From an uncultured Clostridia bacterium (GTDB lineage Bacteria; Bacillota; Clostridia; Tissierellales; Sedimentibacteraceae): a stretch of DNA of 55,583 nucleotides. The notes under the pieces were generated by a model. That model saw only the letters and a list, made by a program, of their open reading frames with translations, ran no database searches and was not told the DNA's origin. The stretch spans positions 1 to 55,583 of the forward strand of contig CALNCE010000020.1 of assembly GCA_937875315.1 (NCBI GenBank), given 5' to 3'. Position numbers and translations under genes: made by a program. Each line of letters begins with the position of its first letter. Position 1 is the stretch's first letter. Shown here piece after piece: positions 31,876-41,431 of the stretch.

Positions 31876-32520
31876 TTATTCCTTTTTTTCAAGGGCATTC
31901 TTCACTGCATTCATCAAAGCTTTACTTGTTATGGTTGCACCTGAAACAGCATCCACATCAGTTGTTTGATTTTCTATTATGGATGAAATTATTGTACCTA
32001 TTGCATTTTCACTGACACCCTTTGTTTCATTGTGAGACACAACTTCGATTTGAATAATTTTATCGTCCTTCAGAGTTACTGATACTATGATAGGACCTCC
32101 GATACCTCTATCTTCACCTGTATATTCTATTGAATGAGAATTTATTTCTTCCGACTCCTCAGAAGGGGGTGTTTGTTCCGGTTCTGTTGTTATATATTCT
32201 TCCGATTGTGAAATTATTTCTTCCGGTTCATCTGCAGGTGAAAGTGTCTGTTCTTTTTCGGATTCTTCAGTAGTTTCGGACTCTTGTTCTACAGGTTTTT
32301 CCGGCTTTTGTTCTACATGCTGTTGCACTTCAGTCTGTTGCTCTTCTGAAATATTCTCTTTATTATTATCTTCTGTCTCTTGGTTTATATTTTCACTACT
32401 TAAAATAGTGTTATTTTCAATTCCTTTTGAAGCTTCAGTATCCGTTTTTATTCTCTCATCCGAAGAACAACCAACAATACTAAGCATCAAAATTAATAAT
32501 ACCATCAATAGATTTTTCAT
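31876..32520 (-). CDS. Lipoprotein with E/Q/P-rich linker and C-terminal FMN-binding (flavinylation) domain
   Basis: Lipobox IVGC; GIGGPIIVSVTL...HNETKG...DVDAVSGATITS. Confidence 0.85.
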   Translation of the reverse strand: MKNLLMVLLILMLSIVGCSSDERIKTDTEASKGIENNTILSSENINQETEDNNKENISEEQQTEVQQHVEQKPEKPVEQESETTEESEKEQTLSPADEPEEIISQSEEYITTEPEQTPPSEESEEINSHSIEYTGEDRGIGGPIIVSVTLKDDKIIQIEVVSHNETKGVSENAIGTIISSIIENQTTDVDAVSGATITSKALMNAVKNALEKKE

Positions 32521-32530
32521 AGTCGCCTCG

Positions 32531-33148
32531 TCAAAGCAGTTTTCTTCTTTTTTCAATAGCTTTTAACTCTTTTTGTTCTTCTTCAATAATTTTTTCTTTT
32601 TCTATATTTAGTTTTTTAGATAATATTTCAATAAATATATTCCTGAAATTATTTTTCCATTCTGTCATTGAAGGGCTGTAAGTCAGCCCAAAGGCCAATA
32701 ATTTTCCTGCATCCTCTTGTATATTACCGAGCCGTACCTGTTCAAAATCAAGTCCGTAAATTTCATTACCGGCAATAATAAAGTTTTTAAAATTTACATC
32801 ATATAAAATATATTGCTCTTTATAGAACCCAAAAACAGCAGAGTAAAAACTCTTAAGATAGCTGCATAGAGTATTAACCATTCTTAAGTCCAAAGTATTA
32901 CTTTTTTCTTGTTCCTCATACCAATCAAGAAAATTAAACTCTCCCAAATCTTCAAGATATAAATGGTTTTCTTCTTCTTTAATTATTGAAGGAACCTTAA
33001 CTCCTGCTTTTTTTAAAATATTCAGTATTTCTTTTTCCATTATGTAATTTTCATGATTTTCAAATTTTTTTATAATATATGTGCAGTCATCTTCTACAAT
33101 TCGAAATACTTTATTTCTTTTGCTTATTAATTCTATCTCTTTATGCAT
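32531..33148 (-). CDS. Small-molecule kinase, APH/choline-kinase-like fold
   Basis: IIKKF, GVKVPSII, catalytic loop LYDVNFKNFI, DFE; no signal peptide. Confidence 0.72.
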   Translation of the reverse strand: MHKEIELISKRNKVFRIVEDDCTYIIKKFENHENYIMEKEILNILKKAGVKVPSIIKEEENHLYLEDLGEFNFLDWYEEQEKSNTLDLRMVNTLCSYLKSFYSAVFGFYKEQYILYDVNFKNFIIAGNEIYGLDFEQVRLGNIQEDAGKLLAFGLTYSPSMTEWKNNFRNIFIEILSKKLNIEKEKIIEEEQKELKAIEKRRKLL

Positions 33149-33879
33149 ACTTCAATGTCCCCGTTTTCTGTGTAGCCGCTTAATTCCTTTGCTATTCCTT
33201 CAATGGCATTTTTCAAAATACTCTGAACAAACGGAACCATTGTAATTTCCTGTCCGTTAATTTTAAGCATTACACTCTGCTCAGTCAATATACAGTCCCT
33301 CCTTTCCGCCTCGCCTTTCAAAATCTTTGAGCTTAATTCAGCGCATGTGTATCCGCATTTTTGGCAGCATTCATCCTTCATGTCCGGAGGTCTGTCAAAT
33401 ACTTTCTCCTCAATAATATTCACCATTTTTTCAATTTCAGTTATTGAGTTTATAACGGGAATACCCTCATATTCCGACATGCTATTGGATATTTTCCCTG
33501 ATATTGCAAAGGTTGTTTCATCCATCCTGTCTTGAATTCCTTCCACATCGTGGGCTGTTACTATTTTAGGTATACATGTATCCCTCACTCCTTCTAAAAT
33601 AACAAAATCATGGTTGTAAAAACTAAGAATTTCATTCATGCTCAGCTGTTTTTGGAATAATACGTCTGTTTCATAGGCTCCTCTTGCAGTAACCAGCTGA
33701 GAGCCTGCCATTTTGTGTCTGTGAGTGTTGGTTCCTTCCACGTCCATTTTAAATTCCTCAAAATGAATTTCTTTTACGCTGCCTACAGTATAATTACGTT
33801 TTCGAAGCTCCTTTATTATATTTTCTATGGTAGTAGTTTTACCGGACTTTGTTATTCCGATTACTGAAAAGACCTTCAT
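33133..33879 (-). CDS. mobB: MobB-family GTPase with C-terminal Fe-S domain
   Basis: SVIGITKSGKTTTIE, VGSVKEIH, DVEGTNTHRHKMAG, ILEG; CQKCGYTC...C cluster motif. Confidence 0.88.
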   Translation of the reverse strand: MKVFSVIGITKSGKTTTIENIIKELRKRNYTVGSVKEIHFEEFKMDVEGTNTHRHKMAGSQLVTARGAYETDVLFQKQLSMNEILSFYNHDFVILEGVRDTCIPKIVTAHDVEGIQDRMDETTFAISGKISNSMSEYEGIPVINSITEIEKMVNIIEEKVFDRPPDMKDECCQKCGYTCAELSSKILKGEAERRDCILTEQSVMLKINGQEITMVPFVQSILKNAIEGIAKELSGYTENGDIEVCIKR

Positions 33880-33920
33880 AATATACGGTTTCTCCTTTCT
33901 TTGTCTATTGAAAAATTAAG

Positions 33921-34047
33921 ATGCCCTAACCCTATTTTTCAGAGTCCTGATTTGGGGACATTCCTCCTACCAACAAAGACTTTCCCTAAATAAGGAGGTG
34001 TGTCCCCATACCCCTAATAAATAGCGGTAGGTCATTCGCAACGAATT
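33921..34047. repeat. Composite palindrome: REP-like unit (33954-34013) inside the arms of a second palindrome family
   Basis: GGGGACATTCCTCCT...AGGAGGTGTGTCCCC core matches 4449-4559; flanks match 55425-55490. Confidence 0.72.
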
Positions 34048-34808
34048 CCCAATTTATGTGACGCAAGGAACAAATAAATTGGTGAATGAGACTGCGCTAA
34101 TAACAATAATGCTGCTGCAATACTTAGGACTATTATAATATAATCAACTGCCCGCATTTTCAAAACCATGCAGCTTGTTCTTTCGGGGTATGCTCTGAAA
34201 CCTCTCATTTCCATTGCTGCAGCCAATTCCTTTGCCTTTGTTACGGAATTAATGGTAATGGGAGTAAGTATGTATTTGTAAACTTGAATTTTCTTATTTA
34301 ATTTAACTTTCTTTAGCTCAATTCCCCTAAGCTGTATTGCAGTTACCATATCCGTCATTTCCTCTTTGAATATGGGTAAAAATCTTATTGCAACGGAAAC
34401 CATAAAGGCTATTTCATAAGGACAATGCCATTGAATAAGCCCTTGTATTATTTCCCTGCTTGACGATGTTGTTATTATTGCAGCAGAAATTATAATTATT
34501 ACCATTCGCAAAATAAATTCAAGTGCTCTTAAAATTCCGTAATCAGTTAAAATTGTAAGGCTGCCTATTTTCAAAACAGGAGCTCCCGCATTAGTTAACA
34601 AACTCTGAATTAACGCTATTAAAACTATTATTTTAAGAAGCCTTTTTAGCTTTACAAGAGTCGATATTAAATTAACATTATTTATAAGCGCAATTACTAT
34701 TGCTGCAAATAGTATTAATGATAAAACAGATATATCATTGTAAATTAATCCGAGGGTTGATAAAATTAAAACTTGAACTATTTTTGTTCGAGGGTCTATA
34801 TCATTCAT
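34032..34808 (-). CDS. ECF transporter transmembrane component T
   Basis: IDPRTKI, AIRFLP, AIQLRG and AMEMRGF coupling motifs. Confidence 0.93.
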   Translation of the reverse strand: MNDIDPRTKIVQVLILSTLGLIYNDISVLSLILFAAIVIALINNVNLISTLVKLKRLLKIIVLIALIQSLLTNAGAPVLKIGSLTILTDYGILRALEFILRMVIIIISAAIITTSSSREIIQGLIQWHCPYEIAFMVSVAIRFLPIFKEEMTDMVTAIQLRGIELKKVKLNKKIQVYKYILTPITINSVTKAKELAAAMEMRGFRAYPERTSCMVLKMRAVDYIIIVLSIAAALLLLAQSHSPIYLFLASHKLGIRCE

Positions 34809-35457
34809 AATTTACCCCCTCAAGAGCTAATACTTTGTCTTTATGCCTTTCAATAAAATCCTTGTTATGGCTTATAATAAGCATACCTATATTTATCTTT
34901 TTTAATTTGTCCAAAACTTCCGATAATGCATCTATTCTTTCTTTATCAAGGGATGCAGTAGGCTCGTCCAAAATAAGATATTTAGGACCAATCATCAATA
35001 CGGAAGCAATGGCTAAACGCCTTTTTTCTCCATAACTTAAAAAAAGGGGATATGAGTTTTTAACTTTTCCAAGGTCAAAAATTTCAAGCATTTCTTCAGC
35101 TTTATCCATGGTTTCTTCCTTATTGTATCCCTTAAATAATAAAGGGAATGTCAATTCTTCCACTACAGATGTGCTGAAGAGCTGCCTTTCAGGATACTGA
35201 AAAACATAGCCTACCATTTCGCCGATACTGCCAAGAGACAGACTTGCTGTACTTTGACCGAATACTTTTACTTCACCGAAAGATGGTTTCAATATTCCCA
35301 TGATAAGCTTGGTTAAGGTTGTTTTCCCGGAGCCGTTTTTTCCTGTCAGTACAGTTGTTTCTCCATTTTTTAAATTAAGAGAAAAATTGTCAAATACCTT
35401 TCTTCCCTTAGGGTATTTATAAGAAATATTGTTGAGCTCAATTGTGTTATTCATCAT
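34801..35457 (-). CDS. ECF transporter ATPase (A')
   Basis: GKNGSGKTT, VFQYPERQLF, LSYGEKRR, LDEPTASLD. Confidence 0.92.
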   Translation of the reverse strand: MMNNTIELNNISYKYPKGRKVFDNFSLNLKNGETTVLTGKNGSGKTTLTKLIMGILKPSFGEVKVFGQSTASLSLGSIGEMVGYVFQYPERQLFSTSVVEELTFPLLFKGYNKEETMDKAEEMLEIFDLGKVKNSYPLFLSYGEKRRLAIASVLMIGPKYLILDEPTASLDKERIDALSEVLDKLKKINIGMLIISHNKDFIERHKDKVLALEGVNYE

Positions 35458-36111
35458 TCACCTAAGATTAAAAATCCTGTCTGCAATTTTTATATTATCA
35501 TAATCATGGTCAACCATGATTATTGTTTTTCCTTCTTCTTTTAACTTTAATAAAACATCTTTAATTATTTCTTTTCCTTCATCATCAATCCATGACATTA
35601 TTTCATCACATATAAGAATTGAAGGAGCAAGCATTAAAACAGATGCAATTGCAACAAGCTGCTGCTGTCCTCCCGATAAATTATTAGGATTGTCGTATCT
35701 GTATTTTTCCATATTCATTGTTTTTAATATTTTATCAATACGATTGCATATTTCTTCTTTGTCAACACACAGGTTTTCAGGACCAAATGCAAGCTCATCT
35801 TCAATAGTAGGTGAAAAAAGCTGTGTCGAAGGATTTTGAAATATAATTCCTATCTTTGAAACTGTTTCCGAAATACTTAACCTATTTATATTTTCGCCGA
35901 AAATTAATACTTCGCCGGATAATTCACCTTTGTATAACCTTGGTATCAGTCCGCATATTAAGTTACACAAGGTGCTTTTACCGCAGCCGCTTTGTCCGAT
36001 TATTGCAACCGTTTCACCTTTTCTTACGCTAAAATTAACATCCTTTAAAACATATCCTTCCGAGTTGTTGTATTTAAAACTTAAATTTTTAACTTCAACT
36101 GCATTCATCAT
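35458..36111 (-). CDS. ECF transporter ATPase (A)
   Basis: GQSGCGKST, IFQNPSTQLF, AFGPEN, LSGGQQQ, CDE. Confidence 0.92.
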   Translation of the reverse strand: MMNAVEVKNLSFKYNNSEGYVLKDVNFSVRKGETVAIIGQSGCGKSTLCNLICGLIPRLYKGELSGEVLIFGENINRLSISETVSKIGIIFQNPSTQLFSPTIEDELAFGPENLCVDKEEICNRIDKILKTMNMEKYRYDNPNNLSGGQQQLVAIASVLMLAPSILICDEIMSWIDDEGKEIIKDVLLKLKEEGKTIIMVDHDYDNIKIADRIFNLR

Positions 36112-36620
36112 TTAACCTCAATTTCAGTAATCCACTTGCATCTTCTGTTGCTGAAAGTATCCGAAACCACAATGGATTCATAGGGACCTCTTCCTCCTGA
36201 GTCCCTACCGCCTAAGTATTTCCCTTCTTCCATAAAAGCAATATAAACATTTTTATCTATTGAGACCTCTTCTGAAGAATAAGCAACAGAATAACCATCC
36301 GCTGCTTTGATAATAATTATTTTGTTTTGAAAATCAATATTATTCTTATTAAGCAGCTCTTTCAGCTGAACTCCGGTATAGATATGTGTGGCGGGCTCAG
36401 TCGTTGATGTGTCAAGAACTGCTTCAAAATCCCCACTGTAAAGAATTATATCTTCTATGGTTATAACTCTTTTATTTTCATCATCTGCCAAAACAATTTG
36501 TGCATTTGCCAATATTTCTTTTTGTTTTTCAATATATTCTTTGTTTAAATTTAATGAAACAAATAATGTAATTGTCAATATTATTATTAATATAACAATT
36601 ATTGCAGCACTTCTTTTCAT
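36108..36620 (-). CDS. Membrane-anchored single sulfite-oxidase-like (molybdopterin-binding fold) domain protein
   Basis: N-terminal TM; YTGVQLKELL, AADGYSV, IAFMEEG, GPYESIV, KWITEIEV pattern. Confidence 0.72.
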   Translation of the reverse strand: MKRSAAIIVILIIILTITLFVSLNLNKEYIEKQKEILANAQIVLADDENKRVITIEDIILYSGDFEAVLDTSTTEPATHIYTGVQLKELLNKNNIDFQNKIIIIKAADGYSVAYSSEEVSIDKNVYIAFMEEGKYLGGRDSGGRGPYESIVVSDTFSNRRCKWITEIEVK

Positions 36621-37615
36621 GGCTCTTTAATGAAATATGGAACAATAATATCTGATTGAACGCATATTCCGTGTCCTCCTCCTTCATCTGTTTCATGCAT
36701 ACCATGGTCAGGCGCAATTATTATGGCTCCATCCCATACCTTGCCTAAAGTTTCAATATATTGGTCAATGGCTTTTATGTATTCCATTGTTTCATCAGAA
36801 TATGGTCCGAAGCTGTGGCCTCTGTCATCAATTCCGTGAAAATGAATGAAAACCAAATCATAATTTTCATTTACTGCTTTTAAAGCACTTTCATATACTT
36901 CATCATCTGTTTCACCGTTTTTGTTATTATCAATATGGAGTTCAGGCTCAATTTCTGTATTTAATACTTTTATGTCCCCTTCAAGCAAAATAGAATTTTT
37001 ATTGTTCTCGAGACAATAGGCGAATATGCTTTTCACACGCATCTCACGTACACTTCTGTCATGCACTCCGTTAACGTTTGGAGTTTCTCCGGTAATTATT
37101 GCTGCAAAGCCTGCATTTGTAACAGGAGTATAGACGCTTAAGGCAGGATATTTAAAATATTTGCTTAAAAATGGAATGCTGCCTTCTTTAACAGCCATTT
37201 TAAACTGATTGTATGAAAAACCATCTAATAAAACTGCCATAACCTTTTCTTCGTTTCCCAAATATTCTATCATATGAAAATAAGCATTGGTGATGCTTTG
37301 ATAATCATTTGTTAAGTAAATACCTTCAATATTTTCAAATTTAGTCTGGCCGGCAGTCGCATATACCGTGCTGTCACTGCCTATATAATTATCGGAAGAA
37401 AATAAAACTGTGAGCCCTGTGTCACAGATAATGGCTGCACGAGAATAATTCTCCTGTGACAATTCATGTATATAAACATTTCCCTCAGGGATAAAGTCAT
37501 CAATTAGATTTTCATCTTTATTGAATACACTAATACCCTTTAATTCTGTTTCATTTACCCTTGCACTGCAGCTTGTTAAGAATATTAAAATTAATAATAA
37601 TAATATTTTTTTCAT
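36617..37615 (-). CDS. Lipoprotein, alkaline-phosphatase superfamily (NPP/PafA-like)
   Basis: Lipobox LTSC; LLDGF, PVTNAGFAAIITG (Thr nucleophile), HFHGIDDRGH, APDHG, GGGHG. Confidence 0.82.
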   Translation of the reverse strand: MKKILLLLILIFLTSCSARVNETELKGISVFNKDENLIDDFIPEGNVYIHELSQENYSRAAIICDTGLTVLFSSDNYIGSDSTVYATAGQTKFENIEGIYLTNDYQSITNAYFHMIEYLGNEEKVMAVLLDGFSYNQFKMAVKEGSIPFLSKYFKYPALSVYTPVTNAGFAAIITGETPNVNGVHDRSVREMRVKSIFAYCLENNKNSILLEGDIKVLNTEIEPELHIDNNKNGETDDEVYESALKAVNENYDLVFIHFHGIDDRGHSFGPYSDETMEYIKAIDQYIETLGKVWDGAIIIAPDHGMHETDEGGGHGICVQSDIIVPYFIKEP

Positions 37616-37658
37616 ACCGGCATTCCTTTCAGTGAGCATATTATAATCAGCAGCATCT

Positions 37659-38210
37659 TTAATTCTCTAATATATTCATTTTTTCCAAACTTATGTTGAT
37701 TGTATATGCTATGAGCCCGCCTATTGTACCTGACAGGGCTGCGGCAGACAATATTAAGATAACCGTAACAAAGGGAAGCCTGAAAAATAATAAATTGGAA
37801 ATAAGTGTGCCAGTAACATTTGCGGCTAAGCAGCCAAACACATAATGAAGAATATTGTACTTTTTATTCTTAGAAAATAAGAATACAATATCAACAACTA
37901 TTCCCGGCAGAGTGTAGGAAACAATGCTCATGATACCGTGAGTTCCCATAGTTCCCGCTGCAATCACCAGTATTCCTTGTACAATGCCTATTAATGCGGC
38001 TGTGCCTGTTTTTTTTACAATTCCTGCACCCAATACTATCCAAAACATATAGAAACCGCCGGCAATGGCTCCCCCCGGAATAAACAAGGGGCCCGTTATA
38101 ACATGAACCAATGGTACCACAATTGGTTTGGTTGCTATTCCAAGGGCTGATACCACTGCTATTATAATTAAGTTATAGACTGAAAATTTATTAAGAAATT
38201 TTTTTACCAT
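37659..38210 (-). CDS. ECF transporter substrate-binding S component
   Basis: 183 aa, ~6 TM, AVVSAL in TM1, KKTGTAALIG loop; co-encoded with EcfA/A'/T. Confidence 0.82.
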   Translation of the reverse strand: MVKKFLNKFSVYNLIIIAVVSALGIATKPIVVPLVHVITGPLFIPGGAIAGGFYMFWIVLGAGIVKKTGTAALIGIVQGILVIAAGTMGTHGIMSIVSYTLPGIVVDIVFLFSKNKKYNILHYVFGCLAANVTGTLISNLLFFRLPFVTVILILSAAALSGTIGGLIAYTINISLEKMNILEN

Positions 38211-38218
38211 GAAAACCT

Positions 38219-38689
38219 CTACTCAAGTATTATTTCATCCACATGCTTAATCCAGCGCTGGCTGAAGGGGTCTCTTCTTATAATCAGCTGGAAGGGACCG
38301 TTTCCTCCCTGTTTCTTTGACTTAAGCAATTCGTTGTCCCTTTCAAATGTCAAATATACATTTGAAGGCTCTTTGATTTCTTCAACGCTTAAAATTATTC
38401 TGTAGCCGTCAGATGCATTAAAGGTAATCTTGCTATAGTTTGAAATATCTATATTCAACGTTTCAAAAAGTTTTATAAGTTCAATGCCTTTGTATTCCGT
38501 TTCAACGGGCTTTGAACCGCTGCTTCTAACGACAGCAGGAAATTTAACTGCTTCTTCATGAGTGTAAATAATTTTCGTATCAACCGTTTCATATTTACCG
38601 TCAATATTTACGGTTAATGAGGGCAGCTCTTCAGAGCAGCCTGTTAAAATAAATATTAAAATTATAAAAATAAGAATTTTCTTTAACAT
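38219..38689 (-). CDS. Lipoprotein with single sulfite-oxidase-like domain
   Basis: Lipobox LTGC; YKGIELIKLF, ASDGY, GPFQLII, RWIKHVDEIIL. Confidence 0.75.
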   Translation of the reverse strand: MLKKILIFIILIFILTGCSEELPSLTVNIDGKYETVDTKIIYTHEEAVKFPAVVRSSGSKPVETEYKGIELIKLFETLNIDISNYSKITFNASDGYRIILSVEEIKEPSNVYLTFERDNELLKSKKQGGNGPFQLIIRRDPFSQRWIKHVDEIILE

Positions 38690-38703
38690 ATTTTCCCCTC
38701 TGC

Positions 38704-39858
38704 TCAATTGTCCAATGAGCTGTTCACTGCATCCTTTACGGAGTTTAAGAAACCCCTGCAGGTTGAAGTAGCCCCGCTTATGGAATCCACGTTTAAATTT
38801 TGAGTTTCAGTGATTTCATAGGATAATTCTCTAAATGCTTCTTCGAAATAGCCTGTAGTTTCACCGTGACTCAGAACTTTTATATTTGTTATTTTCTTAT
38901 TGTTTATAATAACTTCCGTATTCATTATACCGCCAAAGCCCATCCCAAAGCCTTCATAGGTTCCATCTTTTATGCTGTCAATTGAAGTTATTGCCTGCAC
39001 TGAAGTATTTGAACCTGATAATGGGAAAAATATATATAAACCTGCAATTATACAAATACATATTAATATATAGGTTGAATTCTTAAGTTTTCTGTTTCCA
39101 ATAGTCAGCGAAAAACCATCATTATTTTTGATGCATTTATTTATACATTTAAGACAGTTAATGCATTCGGGTGATATTTCTTCCGCCTCGGTTTGCTGCT
39201 CTTCTACAGGACAGTCTTTTAAACAATAAGAGCAGTTACAGCTCCCTTTATTAATTTTAAATGGTCCCACTGCATATAGCAAGCTTTGAAATGCTCCCAA
39301 AGGACAAAAATATCTGCAGAATATTCTCCTTCCAATCAGTGATACAAAGATAATCAATAATAAAACTATTGTTCCGGTTTGAAATTTTGCTCCTATGAAT
39401 ATATTTAAGTATGCAAGCCAGGGAGAAAACGGAGAAACTATGTTTCCCATGCCAAGTATACTTAAAATCATTATTGCAATTAAAACAATATATTTAAGAA
39501 GTTCAGGATTATGAGGAAATTTTACTTCCTTCAGCCCGATTTTACTTCCTGTATATTTGAAAAAGTCCTGCATTGCTCCAATAGGACAAATATAACCGCA
39601 AAAAGCTCTTCCCATCAAAAATGCGGTGACAGCTATTCCTGTTGTTAATGCAATGCTTCTTGAAGCTCCACGCCATCTGTAAGATAGATCCATAAAGAAA
39701 GACTTAAGAGCACTCCATCCGCCGTAAGGATTCATATCTCCTATGGAGAGAATTCTAAACCCAATTATTTCATTTATATACATGCCGTAGCTCAAACATG
39801 ACAATACCACTATAATGGTTGCAGTGATTTGTATTACGCTTCTTATATTCAACTTCAT
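38704..39858 (-). CDS. NapH/NosR-like membrane polyferredoxin with C-terminal FMN-binding domain
   Basis: FCGYICPIG and FCRYFCPLG, CSYCLKDCP, CINCLKCINKC; VDSISGATST. Confidence 0.87.
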   Translation of the reverse strand: MKLNIRSVIQITATIIVVLSCLSYGMYINEIIGFRILSIGDMNPYGGWSALKSFFMDLSYRWRGASRSIALTTGIAVTAFLMGRAFCGYICPIGAMQDFFKYTGSKIGLKEVKFPHNPELLKYIVLIAIMILSILGMGNIVSPFSPWLAYLNIFIGAKFQTGTIVLLLIIFVSLIGRRIFCRYFCPLGAFQSLLYAVGPFKINKGSCNCSYCLKDCPVEEQQTEAEEISPECINCLKCINKCIKNNDGFSLTIGNRKLKNSTYILICICIIAGLYIFFPLSGSNTSVQAITSIDSIKDGTYEGFGMGFGGIMNTEVIINNKKITNIKVLSHGETTGYFEEAFRELSYEITETQNLNVDSISGATSTCRGFLNSVKDAVNSSLDN

Positions 39859-41423
39859 TTCTTTTCAATCCTTGATAGTTCCGTCATTATTTTCTTATCC
39901 TTATGTAGACTGACTTGTCCATCTTCATAAATCAAATAACATTTAAGCATATCATCCATAGAAAGCTCAATCTTTTCATCATTTTTATTTACTGCAGTAA
40001 ATTTGTCATCTTCATCCCATCTCATGCCTGCAACCAAAAGCACATCTTCCAAAAGCATTCCTTCACTTCCCCCAATTGATTTTGTTCTTACAACTTCAAT
40101 CATTTTCTCGGGGAAAATAACGGCATCCTTTGTGGTTGAAAAATGAGTCATATGTTTTACATTCATTCCAAGCTTAAAATTAGGAGCAATATTCATCGGA
40201 GCATTATCTCCTTCAACCTTAATAAAATATCTTTGCCTTACCAATGATATTGTTTCATGTTTTGCAAGACCGTCTGTGGCAGACATGGTAAAGAATCCTT
40301 TTTCATCTACTTCATCAAATTTTCTTAATATTTTCCCTACTTCTATGGAGCTATCCTTAGAGCCGTAGTATTCATAATAATAGGGCTCAATATCTTCGGT
40401 CAAAGGGTTGAACATGTGCACTTTATCAATATCCTTGGGGGATATTTCCTTATATAAATCAATATTTGAAACCATTTTTACCCAGTAAGGACCAAGCTCC
40501 AAAGGAACAGAAATTCTTACCGGTTTTTCTTCGTCTTTGATATCCTTTCCGTTTATCTGCCAGGTAAGTATTATATCATTTACAGCTAATTTTTCCTTGT
40601 CTATCATGGTGTAGTATCCGTCCCTCCCGGTCACACCTATACCTGCATACCGGCTTAAGTCAATACCTTCATTTTCCAAAACATCACGAAGAGAAGGTCC
40701 TTTTACACGCATATCCGTTTCTGTTCCCGTTGTATTAATTAAAGTAACATCCATGTCTAACTGTTCATATTTTTTAATTTCATCAGTATCTATTCGAACA
40801 GAGCCGCCATCCCAATTTATTGCAAAGCTGTTAATATCCTTCTGCCACATTTCCTGAGGCACCACATCAGGAACTTTTGCCATTTGAATATTATAATTCC
40901 AATACTGATAATGTCCAATGGCTGCATTTACGGCATTTACCACAGCCTGAGAGCTTATGGTGGCGCCTGTCAGCTGGATGATATCTTCGGGGTTTTCCTT
41001 ATCAAGAACTACCAAATTTAAATATTTATTAATAGGTAAATTTGTAAACCTGTCCAAAAAGTAATCATATTCCATATGCTCCGCATAGTCCGGTGATTCC
41101 TCGTGGTTTAAAATTTTAATTCCAATTAACAACTCATCATATTGGTCTAAAGCAGCCAAAACTTCTATAGGACCGTTATATCCGACACAGCTTACAACAT
41201 ATGCACATGTTTTTCCATCAATTTCATATGCTCTTTTTACTGCGGGAAAATACAATGAACCATATAAGTCATCAGAAAAGCCTTTTATCAGTGTTATTTT
41301 TTTCGCAGTTGGATAAAATAACTTTACTGCTTCCTTTTCCTCAGAAGAATCATTTAGCGTAAAAAACAAAGTGCCTGCAACAACCAAAATAATTATGATA
41401 ATAAGTATGTATCTGTTTTTCAT
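39855..41423 (-). CDS. Membrane-anchored RnfG-like FMN-binding domain fused to sulfite-oxidase-like domain(s)
   Basis: GYNGPIEV, NHEESPDY, QLTGATISS; then KGPSLRDVLE, GRDGY, PVRISVP, YWVKMVSNI. Confidence 0.8.
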   Translation of the reverse strand: MKNRYILIIIIILVVAGTLFFTLNDSSEEKEAVKLFYPTAKKITLIKGFSDDLYGSLYFPAVKRAYEIDGKTCAYVVSCVGYNGPIEVLAALDQYDELLIGIKILNHEESPDYAEHMEYDYFLDRFTNLPINKYLNLVVLDKENPEDIIQLTGATISSQAVVNAVNAAIGHYQYWNYNIQMAKVPDVVPQEMWQKDINSFAINWDGGSVRIDTDEIKKYEQLDMDVTLINTTGTETDMRVKGPSLRDVLENEGIDLSRYAGIGVTGRDGYYTMIDKEKLAVNDIILTWQINGKDIKDEEKPVRISVPLELGPYWVKMVSNIDLYKEISPKDIDKVHMFNPLTEDIEPYYYEYYGSKDSSIEVGKILRKFDEVDEKGFFTMSATDGLAKHETISLVRQRYFIKVEGDNAPMNIAPNFKLGMNVKHMTHFSTTKDAVIFPEKMIEVVRTKSIGGSEGMLLEDVLLVAGMRWDEDDKFTAVNKNDEKIELSMDDMLKCYLIYEDGQVSLHKDKKIMTELSRIEKK

Positions 41424-41431
41424 GTTATCAC

